Source: Candidatus Micrarchaeota archaeon
Lineage (GTDB): Archaea; Micrarchaeota; Micrarchaeia; Micrarchaeales; CABMGC01
Assembly: GCA_030040265.1 (NCBI GenBank)
Contig: JASHUB010000025.1
Span: forward strand, 4,271-28,270
DNA: 24,000 nt
Direction: 5' to 3'
Both the position numbers and the translations under genes were made by a program. Positions 16,132-24,000 of the stretch are shown here, one piece after another (the first letter of the stretch is position 1; each line of letters begins with the position of its first letter). The notes under the pieces are model-generated. The model did no database searches, was not told the origin of the DNA, and saw only the letters and a list, made by a program, of their open reading frames with translations.

Positions 16132-17031
16132 TTGCACTACGTCGTTGCTGTACCGGTCGACAAGTCTCTCATCGAGTTCATCGGCAAGAAGGGCTCGGTC
16201 AACGGACTCACGTTCTACAACAGGAAGATGGACGACAACGTCATAGTGGCGCTCGCGCCGACTAGCATCGAGGAGAAGTTCTACGCGGCGTCAGAGGCGC
16301 TGCTCATCGCAGACCAGATAGTCCTGAGCACCGCGAGCGTCGACAAGTCGTTCGGCGAGATGCTGGTGGCATGCTCGCTGCTGGGCAAGCGTCTCCTGAT
16401 AACCAAGGACAACGACATCGGCAACCTCCTGACAGGGACATCGATGAAGAACTTCGAGCTGATCGACAAGGAGCAGGTGGTTGACAAGATCCTCGCATTC
16501 AAGCCGGAGCACCCATCCGGGGACGTGAGGGTCGACATAGACCACGCGTTCCCTGTCAAGGGCATAGGCACCGTCGCGCTCGGCGTAGTGAAGGGCGGCA
16601 CGGTCAAGGTCCACGACAAGCTCTTCCACACCTCCGGAAAGGAGGTGGAGGTGCGCTCGATGCAGAGCCAGGACGTGGACATCACCACAGCCGAGTACGG
16701 CACCAGGGTCGGGATCGCGCTTAAGAACATCGAACCGGACGAGATTGACAAAGGCGACCTTCTCACCTCGAAGAAGGCGCAGAAGGCGAAGAAGATAACC
16801 GCAGAGCTGATGACCAGCGGCTTCGCAAGCGAGAACATCGAGCCCGAAAGGCTGTACACCTTCGCGTCGAACTTCTCCTACTCGAACGCGCGTGTGGAAA
16901 AGAAGGGCGTTGAAGCCGAGATAACGTTCGAGAAGCCTGTGGCGGTCCTGCCTGGCGACAGATTCCTGCTCGCGAGGGCTGCAGTGCCAAGGATATTCGC
17001 ATCAGGAGTGGTGAAGACAGTCACTTCATGA
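16132..17031 (+). CDS. EF-Tu/SelB-like domain protein lacking the GTP-binding P-loop domain
   Basis: HAFPVKGIGTVALGVVKGGTVKVHDKLFHTSGKEVEVRSMQSQDVDITTAEYGTRVGIALKNIEPDEIDKGDLL is a translation-factor domain II signature; no GHVDHGK-type P-loop or NKxD motif in the N-terminal part. TTG start with AGGTG upstream. Confidence 0.75.
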   Translation: MHYVVAVPVDKSLIEFIGKKGSVNGLTFYNRKMDDNVIVALAPTSIEEKFYAASEALLIADQIVLSTASVDKSFGEMLVACSLLGKRLLITKDNDIGNLLTGTSMKNFELIDKEQVVDKILAFKPEHPSGDVRVDIDHAFPVKGIGTVALGVVKGGTVKVHDKLFHTSGKEVEVRSMQSQDVDITTAEYGTRVGIALKNIEPDEIDKGDLLTSKKAQKAKKITAELMTSGFASENIEPERLYTFASNFSYSNARVEKKGVEAEITFEKPVAVLPGDRFLLARAAVPRIFASGVVKTVTS

Positions 17032-17589
17032 AGCGTCCCAGATGCTTTGGAACTGCCTCCTGAGCTCTTTCACGTCTTTCGGGTCGGTCACGACGTCTAT
17101 GTGCTCCACGTTCTTGTGCATCCCCCTGTAAGTGAAGTTGGCGGACCCGCTGGCAGCCTCTGTCTCTGCGATGTACATCTTGGCGTGCACGAACTCGCGC
17201 GGCACCTTGAGCGAGATGCCCCTGCTTTTCATCCTCACGAAGAACAGGCTGCAGGCAATGAGCGCCACCGAAGCTGCGATGAGTGCGAGCCCAGCAGCGT
17301 GCAACAGGTAAAGGAAAGCATCCATGATTATCACGAACGCGGAGAGCTTGAACGGCCAGAGCCTCACGCCGCCGCCCCGCAGCATCCTTGCTGCGTCACT
17401 GTCGATCGATGATGCAATGATGCGGATCTGTTTGCCAGCGCAGTTCCTGAGCAGGAAAGCCGCATAGTACCTATCGATATAGGGCGACGAAATGCAGATG
17501 TTCCTGCCGTTCTTTATTATCTTCTCAACGTATCTGTAACTCTCGTGGCCGGAGTAGGAATACCTTTTTGATTTTAGCAGTCCTAGCAT
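17026..17589 (-). CDS. Phospholipase D-like protein with two central TM segments and one variant HKD motif
   Basis: NICISSPYIDRYYAAFLL..., then hydrophobic AFVIIMDAFLYLLHAAGLALIAASVALIACSLFFV, then FVHAKMYIAETEAASGSANFTYRG (HxK...GSANF). Track start is GTG 17595; ATG 17589 fits promoter spacing. Confidence 0.72.
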   Translation of the reverse strand: MLGLLKSKRYSYSGHESYRYVEKIIKNGRNICISSPYIDRYYAAFLLRNCAGKQIRIIASSIDSDAARMLRGGGVRLWPFKLSAFVIIMDAFLYLLHAAGLALIAASVALIACSLFFVRMKSRGISLKVPREFVHAKMYIAETEAASGSANFTYRGMHKNVEHIDVVTDPKDVKELRRQFQSIWDAS

Positions 17590-17616
17590 ATTCACACATT
17601 CAAGCTAACTAATAAA

Positions 17617-18570
17617 ATGGTTCTCATGGCTGACAGACTTGACATGGAGCAGGGATTCTACAGGGACGAGGTGCACGACATCGCAGTCTACACCGCGCTC
17701 GCCGAGAACGAGTCGAGGCCGGAGCTCAGGAGGCTGCTGCAGAAGCTGGCGGACACGGAGAAGAAGCACGCCAAGATATGGAAGGACATAATCTCCGATG
17801 CAGGTGAGACGCCACACGAGCCGGCATTCGTAGGATTCGCCGTCGCATACTACGTATTCATCAGGAAGGTCCTTGGCACCGCATTCGCAATCAAGCTGCT
17901 GGAACGCGGCGAGGAGCGGGCCATAGAAGAGTACTCCGCAGCGCTCGGCAGCAGGAGGATAAGCGGCAAGGGGAAGGCCGCCATAAGGAATGTGATACTA
18001 AACGATGAGAAGTTCCACGAGAAGGAACTGTCCGGAAAGATAGGGGAGTACACCGGAGACCTGAACTACATAAAGTCCATAATCTTCGGGCTCAACGACG
18101 GGCTAGTAGAACTGCTTGCGGTCGTCACCGGACTTGCTGTCGTAGCAACATCGAGCCTGGTAGTGGCTGTCGCAGGAATAGTTGTCGGGATAGCCGGAAC
18201 GCTGTCCATGGCCGCCGGGGAGTACATCTCATCCAAGTCGAGAGGCCTCGTGAGGGAGGCCATGAGGGAAGACGTCGTGCACAAGACGTCGCCAGCCAAA
18301 GAGGCGATGTATATAGGTCTGTTCTACTTCATAGGCGCGATAATCGCGGTCCTCCCGTTCATCCTCGGGCTGGTCAGATACGCCGGCATAATCACGTCAA
18401 TAGTGCTTGTGGTCATAGTCCTGACCGTCGTCTCGACCATAGTCGCGATAATAAGCGACACGAGCGCGAAGCGCAGGGTCGCGGAGATGCTGGTGATATC
18501 GCTAGGGGCAGCGTTCGTAACAATAATATTGGGAGCGATCATCAGGTACTACTTCGGAATAAGCATATAG
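17617..18570 (+). CDS. Fusion of N-terminal ferritin-like (rubrerythrin-type) domain to a VIT1/CCC1 family transporter
   Basis: ETHx-type helices (ADTEKKHAKIW, NDEKFHEKEL) followed by IFGLNDGLVELLAVVTGLA..., AAGEYISSKS and several TM helices. Confidence 0.87.
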   Translation: MVLMADRLDMEQGFYRDEVHDIAVYTALAENESRPELRRLLQKLADTEKKHAKIWKDIISDAGETPHEPAFVGFAVAYYVFIRKVLGTAFAIKLLERGEERAIEEYSAALGSRRISGKGKAAIRNVILNDEKFHEKELSGKIGEYTGDLNYIKSIIFGLNDGLVELLAVVTGLAVVATSSLVVAVAGIVVGIAGTLSMAAGEYISSKSRGLVREAMREDVVHKTSPAKEAMYIGLFYFIGAIIAVLPFILGLVRYAGIITSIVLVVIVLTVVSTIVAIISDTSAKRRVAEMLVISLGAAFVTIILGAIIRYYFGISI

Positions 18571-18596
18571 CTCCTAGTGAGTTCAGGTGATTGTGG

Positions 18597-19319
18597 ATGT
18601 TCAAGGATATCAAAGCGCAGATGGCTCACGTTAGGAGTTTTCGGAGAAAAACCCTGGTGCCATCGCAAGATGAACTCTTATGGGAACTGTTTGGAGTTTG
18701 CTTAGGCGACGGTTGCTTATCTCGGTGCTTTAACAGAACGACAGGCTACACGATGAATTTTACTATCTTCACAGGAAATGGGAAGGATGATTTTGAATAT
18801 TATACTACCTACCTAGCTCCTAGCCTAAGATCCAAATTTAACATCAAAGTTACTCCGTATCTCCGAAAAGATTCCAATTCGATAGCCATTCGCATAAATA
18901 ATCAAAGTGTATTTTATTCTTTCAAGAAGCTCGGCATGCCCATAGGTAAGAAAAAGGAGAAGATTGAGATCCCTCCAATAATGTTCAAAAAACCTAAGAG
19001 AGTCAAGGCAGCAGTGTTAAGAGGCCTTCTTGATACGGATGGGTGTATTTTCGCAAGAAGAGATGAGGCTTATAAATATCTACACATAAAGATAACAAGT
19101 GCAAATGAATCTTTCTTATATCAAATAAAGAAATTAATGGGCGACTTCAATTTGCCGGCATATGTCCATTGGCAAGGCAGGCACGGAGGCGACGTGATAG
19201 TAAGAGGAAATAGTAATATAAAGCGTTGGATGGCATTAATAGGAACATCACACCCACTGATAAAACAGAGATATATCGGATGGCTGGATAAAGGAGTTCT
19301 CTTACCTAAGGGCTCGTAG
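18597..19319 (+). CDS. LAGLIDADG homing endonuclease-like protein (two motifs), free-standing
   Basis: LWELFGVCLGDGCLSR and VLRGLLDTDGCIFARR are the paired LAGLIDADG-type motifs. AGGTGA SD-like sequence before ATG 18597. Noticeably more AT-rich than neighbours. Confidence 0.82.
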   Translation: MFKDIKAQMAHVRSFRRKTLVPSQDELLWELFGVCLGDGCLSRCFNRTTGYTMNFTIFTGNGKDDFEYYTTYLAPSLRSKFNIKVTPYLRKDSNSIAIRINNQSVFYSFKKLGMPIGKKKEKIEIPPIMFKKPKRVKAAVLRGLLDTDGCIFARRDEAYKYLHIKITSANESFLYQIKKLMGDFNLPAYVHWQGRHGGDVIVRGNSNIKRWMALIGTSHPLIKQRYIGWLDKGVLLPKGS

Positions 19320-19381
19320 CGCAGTGGTAGCGCACATCGTTCGCAACGATGGGGTCGCGGGTTCGAATCCCGCCGAGTCCA
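19310..19381 (+). tRNA. tRNA-Ala(CGC)
   Basis: GGGCTCG/CGAGTCC acceptor (one G-U), GCGC/GCGC D-stem, CATCG-TTCGCAA-CGATG anticodon arm, GCGGG-TTCGAAT-CCCGC T-arm, A73. Confidence 0.93.
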
Positions 19382-19410
19382 TACGATCCAATCTCTGCCC
19401 AGGTATTCAG

Positions 19411-21225
19411 ATGAAACTCGGCTTCCTCCAACTGCCTGCCGCAATCGTCCTTTTCGTGGCCGCGCTCCTTGCGGTCGCGTACATCGGCAACCTGATAGGA
19501 TACGCGATATTCATCGCGTGCCTTCTGTCCTTCCTAGGTCTGCTCGTCTCGCTGCTCTGGTCTGCCAGGGACATGGTCAAAGCACTCAAGGCACACCTCA
19601 GCAGAGAGTCGCTCCTTCTGCTCCTGGCGATCCTGGTGATCTTCACCCTGCTCTCCACATATGTGTTCCCGAAGTCCGAGCTGGTGTACTTCGATGAGAA
19701 CATCTACCAGGGCATAGCACTAAACATACTCCACAGCGGCAATGCGCTGTCCTGCATCTACGGGACCGCATACGTCCAGAAATGCTTCACTACCAACCTG
19801 GGCTTCGATCCAGAGGGATGGCCGTTCCTCATCGCAGTAGCTTTCGGGATGTTCGGAATCAGCAACGTGACATCGTATGCGCTTGAACTGTTCATGGCTC
19901 TGGTGTCGATAGTCGGAGTCTTCCTGATTGCAAGCATGCTCTCCGACCGGAAGGAGGTCGGTGTGATCTCAGCAGCTGCGTTTGCGCTAATCCCAGAGCT
20001 CTTCATCTGGGCTGGCACCGTCGCAAGCCCGGACCTGCCATTCATGGCATTCGCGGTTCTGGACCTGGTCTTCTTTCTAGTGTTCCTGAAGCAGCGAAAC
20101 GTCAGGACCCTGTCACTTGTTGCTTTCAGCACGGCGTTCACGGTCTACTTCAGGCTCGAAGCGCTGCTGCTGGTGCCGATATTCGCGATACTCTATGTTG
20201 CATTCTCATGGCCATCCGGAAGGAAGCATGCCGTTCGTGCGGCGTCAAAGCAGATCTCAGGCACGAGGGTTTACCTGGTGCTACTTGCTTCACTTCTCAT
20301 CCTTGTGCCTCAGCTGGTCGCGTCGCTTGAGACCGCTCCGGAGCTGCAGGCAAACGCGGCATTCTATCTTTATCCAAACACAGCGACCTTCTCAGCATCG
20401 TACGTCCTGCCAAATCTTCTCGCAAATGCCAAGTTCCTGGCTGGCTTCATCTTCGAGTATCCAATCATATTCATCCCGAGCATCACCGTATTTGCGATCA
20501 TCGGCGCGGCGTCACTGCTCCTGGACAAAAGCTACAAGAACGGCAGGCGGACACTTCTTGCGCTGCTGCTCTTCTTCTTCGCGTACTTCTGTGTCTATCT
20601 ATTCTACTTCTCAGGCTCCGTGCTCGTCGGCGTCTCGGTCAGGTATCTGCTGATAATCTATCCTCCGATGGCCATTCTCTCTGCTTTCGGGATATCCAGC
20701 ATAAGCAGGTTCGCGTCAAGCAAGAACACACAGCTAGGATACATCATAGCTACAGCCATCCTTATCGTGTTCTTCGTTGTACCATTCGTACACGCAGCTG
20801 CGACACTGGCAAAGCCATCCTATTCTTACTATGGCTTTCCGCTGAACAACGTGACAGCCAACCTCACCGGCGTGAATCCATACACGACGCAATACTCGAA
20901 GAACGATATCGCGTTCATAGACAACAGCAGCCACCTCGTGCCTAGCAACTGTCTCGTCATGTCCGAGCTGCCATCCGTGTGGTTCATGCTCAACAGAAGC
21001 TCCTCCTACCTGCCTCCGCAGACGGACCTGTTCACGAACCAGGCGTACAGCGGCTATGGCTGCTATTATCTAGACTACGACTTCTGGTGCACCGTAAGCC
21101 CGTACAACACGACTGTCTGCAAGTTCTACACCACAGACTACAAGCTCAGGCTCGTAGCGACTGAGCCCGACGGGGCAGGCTCCAACTTCTCCCTCTACCA
21201 GCTGCTTAATTACACCCCGCAATGA
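19411..21225 (+). CDS. Multi-pass membrane glycosyltransferase, ArnT/PMT (dolichyl-phosphate-mannose-protein mannosyltransferase)-like
   Basis: YFDENIYQGIALNIL acidic loop motif after the first TMs, about 10 or more hydrophobic helices, C-terminal extracytoplasmic domain. The track start 19324 lies inside tRNA-Ala; ATG 19411 is realistic. Confidence 0.75.
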   Translation: MKLGFLQLPAAIVLFVAALLAVAYIGNLIGYAIFIACLLSFLGLLVSLLWSARDMVKALKAHLSRESLLLLLAILVIFTLLSTYVFPKSELVYFDENIYQGIALNILHSGNALSCIYGTAYVQKCFTTNLGFDPEGWPFLIAVAFGMFGISNVTSYALELFMALVSIVGVFLIASMLSDRKEVGVISAAAFALIPELFIWAGTVASPDLPFMAFAVLDLVFFLVFLKQRNVRTLSLVAFSTAFTVYFRLEALLLVPIFAILYVAFSWPSGRKHAVRAASKQISGTRVYLVLLASLLILVPQLVASLETAPELQANAAFYLYPNTATFSASYVLPNLLANAKFLAGFIFEYPIIFIPSITVFAIIGAASLLLDKSYKNGRRTLLALLLFFFAYFCVYLFYFSGSVLVGVSVRYLLIIYPPMAILSAFGISSISRFASSKNTQLGYIIATAILIVFFVVPFVHAAATLAKPSYSYYGFPLNNVTANLTGVNPYTTQYSKNDIAFIDNSSHLVPSNCLVMSELPSVWFMLNRSSSYLPPQTDLFTNQAYSGYGCYYLDYDFWCTVSPYNTTVCKFYTTDYKLRLVATEPDGAGSNFSLYQLLNYTPQ

Positions 21226-21267
21226 TAGAATTATATACCACATCGCGGTTATCTTTCTCGTGGTTGA

Positions 21268-22383
21268 ATGAATGTTGACTGGGATAATTTCAGGACGATT
21301 TGGCTGAAGAAGGGAGACCAGAAGACAGTGCAGATAATCGACCAGAGGTCACTCCCGCACCAGTTCGTCATCGAAGACATAACCACCGTTGACCAGATGG
21401 CTGTTGCAATCCGGGACATGCACCTGCGGGGCGCAGGCCTCATAGGGGCAGCCGGCGGTTACGGCATGTATCTCGCAATCATCGAGGATCCAGACAGCGC
21501 AGTGAAGGCCGCGGCAAAGCTCAATGCCACTAGGCCTACGGCAAGGCCTTTGTTTGCGGCGACAGAAAGGCAGCTTGCCGCGCTCGAAGGACTGCAGTCT
21601 GCCACAGAAAGAAGGAGCGCGGCGCTGGATGTTGCCGAGCTGATCGCCAATGAGGATGCTGATCACTGCAGGCTCATAGGCGAGCATGGGGCCCAGCTCA
21701 TAAAGGAGCTAAGCGAGAAGAAGGGCGGCGAAACCGTCAACATAGCGACGCACTGCAACGCCGGCCCACTGGCGTTCGTCGCGAACGGCACCGCCACGTC
21801 GCCCGGGATACAGGCGCATAGGGACGGCATAAGAGTGCACTTCTTGGTCGACGAGACCAGGCCTCGGAACCAGGGCGCATCGCTGACCGCGTGGGAGCTC
21901 GATTCCATGGGGATCCCGCACCACGTCATAGTCGACGGTGCAAGCGGTCACACGATGCAGACGGGCCAGGTGGACATCGTCATGGTCGGCGCCGACAGGG
22001 TCGCTAGAAACGGGGATTTTGCAAACAAGATAGGAACGTACATGAAGTTCGTGGCTGCGGCTGACAGCCATGTCCCAGCGTTCTGCAACTTCCCTTCATC
22101 TACCGTCGACTGGAGCATACCCACTGGCGCCGCGATACCGATAGAGGAACGAAACCCAGACGAGGTCCGGTACATACAGGGACTTGCGAGGGATGGCAGG
22201 CCCACAGACGTCCTGCTCACGCCGCAGGGCAGCCCTGCAAAGAACTGGGCCTTCGACGTCACTCCAGCAAGGCTTGTCACCGGACTCGTAACCGAGCGGG
22301 GTGTCTGCAAGGCTAGCGAGGATGCCCTGAGGGGGATGTTCCCGGAAAAGGCGTCGCCGTCGAGAAGAGTAAGCACGCGCTGA
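21268..22383 (+). CDS. mtnA: Methylthioribose-1-phosphate isomerase / aIF2B-like sugar-phosphate isomerase (MtnA-like)
   Basis: IIDQRSLPHQF, IRDMHLRGAGLIGAAGGYGM, NIATHCNAGPLAF (catalytic Cys context), VDETRPRNQGASLTAWEL, VGADRVARNGDFANKIGTY (catalytic Asp context), IPIEERNPDEV. Exact substrate is not provable from sequence. TATATA at 21230-21237 fits the start. Confidence 0.85.
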   Translation: MNVDWDNFRTIWLKKGDQKTVQIIDQRSLPHQFVIEDITTVDQMAVAIRDMHLRGAGLIGAAGGYGMYLAIIEDPDSAVKAAAKLNATRPTARPLFAATERQLAALEGLQSATERRSAALDVAELIANEDADHCRLIGEHGAQLIKELSEKKGGETVNIATHCNAGPLAFVANGTATSPGIQAHRDGIRVHFLVDETRPRNQGASLTAWELDSMGIPHHVIVDGASGHTMQTGQVDIVMVGADRVARNGDFANKIGTYMKFVAAADSHVPAFCNFPSSTVDWSIPTGAAIPIEERNPDEVRYIQGLARDGRPTDVLLTPQGSPAKNWAFDVTPARLVTGLVTERGVCKASEDALRGMFPEKASPSRRVSTR

Positions 22384-22478
22384 ATCTGCTGCCGGACTTT
22401 TGCGACGTGTCGCCGTCGGCTGACCGAAAGATTTAAATATCTTAATGTATACTTATTGTAGTGCTTGTTTTAGGAAGG

Positions 22479-22487
22479 TTTATAAAA
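22479..22487 (+). promoter_or_regulatory. TATA box (GTTTATAAAA region) of the TFB gene; an additional TATA-like ATTTAAATA lies at 22431-22439
   Basis: AT-rich boxes ~55 and ~100 nt upstream of ATG 22538. Confidence 0.5.
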
Positions 22488-22537
22488 TTGACCCCGTCAC
22501 CAAAATCATATTAGAAAAAATATAAAACGTGATAACG

Positions 22538-23596
22538 ATGGTTAGCAAGAAGACTACCAAATCTGCCCCAAGAAGGGAATCCCATGCCGTCGAAATGACG
22601 GAATCCAGAGCCGGCGCACTCGGCGGAAGGCCCGCTGGCGCCAACGAGATCAGTGCGATCCACGAGAGGCTCGGCGCAAGGATAAGGGAGAACGTTAAGA
22701 AGTGCCCGAGCTGCGGAGCAACCGACATCATATTCGACAGCGAGAAGGGAGAGTACGTCTGCAACAGCTGCGGACTAATCATTGAAGAGAACGTGACGGA
22801 CGTCGGCCCCGAATGGAGGGCGTTCGATTCTGACCAGAGGAACACAAGGGCGAGAACGGGCGCGCCTATCAAGTACATGAAGCCCAACAAGGGACTGGTC
22901 ACAGAGATCGACATGTACAACAAGGATATTCGCGGAGCGAAGCTGCCTTCGAAGAGGCAGGCCCAGCTCTACAGGATGAGGAAGTGGCACAAGAGGGCGA
23001 GCATCGCGAGCTCCTCTGAGAGGAACTACCTCGTAGCGCTCCCTGAACTCAACAGGGTCGCGAGCTACCTCGGTCTCCCTGACAACATAAGGGAGAGCGC
23101 AGCGCTTCTCTACAGGCAGTGCGTCAAGAACAACCTCATAAGGGGAAGGCCGATCGAGACGGTGGTCAACGCAGCGCTCTACGCCACGTGCAGGAGCGCG
23201 GGCATGCCCAGGACTCTGGACGAGATAGCCCAGATATCAGGTTGCGCCAAGAAGGAGATAGGAAGGACCTACCGCGTGATAACCCACGAACTACAGCTCA
23301 AGATACCTCTGACAGACCCGGTAAGCTACGTGCCGAGATACGTCACGGCGCTCAAGCTGAGCGGCGAATCGCAGGAGAGGGCCGTGCAGCTGCTCAAACA
23401 GGCGATGAAGAAGGGCCTGGTGAGCGGAAGAAGCCCTACGGGAGTATCTGCAGCTGCGGTCTACATCGCCGGCGCGCTCGTTGGCGAGAGGAGGACGCAG
23501 AAGGAGGTCGCCGACGTGGCAGGAGTCACTGAGGTAACGATCCGAAACAGGTACAGGGAGCTGAAGAAGGAGCTCGACATTGACGTCAACCTGTAA
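22538..23596 (+). CDS. tfb: Transcription initiation factor B (TFB/TFIIB homologue)
   Basis: Zinc ribbon CPSCGATDIIFDSEKGEYVCNSCGLIIEENVTDVGPEWRAFD, B-reader/linker, and two cyclin folds (RSPTGVSAAAVYIAGALVGERRTQKEVADVAGVTEVTIRNRY). Confidence 0.96.
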   Translation: MVSKKTTKSAPRRESHAVEMTESRAGALGGRPAGANEISAIHERLGARIRENVKKCPSCGATDIIFDSEKGEYVCNSCGLIIEENVTDVGPEWRAFDSDQRNTRARTGAPIKYMKPNKGLVTEIDMYNKDIRGAKLPSKRQAQLYRMRKWHKRASIASSSERNYLVALPELNRVASYLGLPDNIRESAALLYRQCVKNNLIRGRPIETVVNAALYATCRSAGMPRTLDEIAQISGCAKKEIGRTYRVITHELQLKIPLTDPVSYVPRYVTALKLSGESQERAVQLLKQAMKKGLVSGRSPTGVSAAAVYIAGALVGERRTQKEVADVAGVTEVTIRNRYRELKKELDIDVNL

Positions 23597-23640
23597 CCTG
23601 CTTTCTTTTATTCTTTCTCTTCCTTTATTTTTCTGATTCA

Positions 23641-24000
23641 ATGCGCTACCTGTTAGCAGGCATAATGCTCGCGGGCCTCCTCGCGGTCTCGTTCGCGCAA
23701 GTGACTACGCCGCAGTACACGCGCCAGTCGGCGAACGCCACGATAACTAACGCGACCCTCTATCTTGAAGAGGTCAACGCGAGCGGATACATCTTCTTCT
23801 ATCCAAACATGAAGACGGCGTACGTGTACTTGTCAAAGGCGAACGCAGCGCTCAACACCTCTCCGGAGGCGGCGGTTCTCTACGCAGACGAGGCGCAGGC
23901 ATCCGCGAAGAGCCAGTACGAGTCGCTCAGCCGCTTCCGCGACATATCCCTGGCTGGCTCTGTGGTGTTCACGATAGCGATGTGCCTGCTGCTGTACTGG
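23641..24000 (+). CDS. Secreted/membrane hypothetical protein (signal peptide and TM), 3' end outside the window
   Basis: Open frame MRYLLAGIMLAGLLAVSFAQVTTPQYTRQ...SLAGSVVFTIAMCLLLYW with no stop to 24000; absent from the ORF track because it is unterminated. Confidence 0.7.
   Translation, partial: MRYLLAGIMLAGLLAVSFAQVTTPQYTRQSANATITNATLYLEEVNASGYIFFYPNMKTAYVYLSKANAALNTSPEAAVLYADEAQASAKSQYESLSRFRDISLAGSVVFTIAMCLLLYW

Noticed and set aside
18566-18582. Possible short duplication of the tRNA-Ala 5' end (GCTCCTAGTG versus GCTCGTAGCG) at the left boundary of the endonuclease ORF
   Set aside because: Only 8 of 10 positions match and there is no longer extension; compatible with chance. Worth revisiting only with comparative genomes.
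19324-19410. Upstream start of the membrane glycosyltransferase ORF inside tRNA-Ala
   Set aside because: The first 29 residues derive mainly from tRNA and leader sequence; the hydrophobic N-terminus begins at ATG 19411.

Overview
Gene-dense archaeal chromosomal segment, probably a DPANN/Micrarchaeota-like lineage (inferred from gene content only). Supported content: C-terminal part of a Nop5/Nop56 protein; a radical SAM enzyme of the tetraether lipid synthase (Tes/MJ0619) type with an unusual 10-cysteine CGCG-repeat tail; a minus-strand cluster of a KaiC-like ATPase, a Cys-repeat membrane-anchored protein, a DHH/DHHA1 phosphoesterase and an unknown protein; an HTH regulator and a SAM methyltransferase; archaeal NAC; a DUF424-like protein; a processive family 2 glycosyltransferase; an intron-containing tRNA-Ser(CGA); a DUF2283-type protein; a divergent PyrD-like flavoprotein; a GTPase-less EF-Tu/SelB-like protein; a PLD-like membrane protein; a ferritin-like-VIT1/CCC1 fusion; a LAGLIDADG endonuclease running into tRNA-Ala(CGC); an ArnT/PMT-like membrane protein; an MtnA/aIF2B-like isomerase; and TFB. 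The best non-obvious signals are: (1) a perfect 15-nt direct repeat of the tRNA-Ser 3' end 579 bp downstream, bracketing an AT-richer insert, consistent with a tiny integrase-less tRNA-targeted element; (2) a homing endonuclease ORF whose stop codon is built from tRNA-Ala nucleotides; (3) the Cys-rich tail on the Tes-like enzyme; (4) several small promoter-region palindromes. I see no CRISPR array, rRNA or recognisable defence system. No clearly defined new multi-gene system can be claimed from sequence alone.
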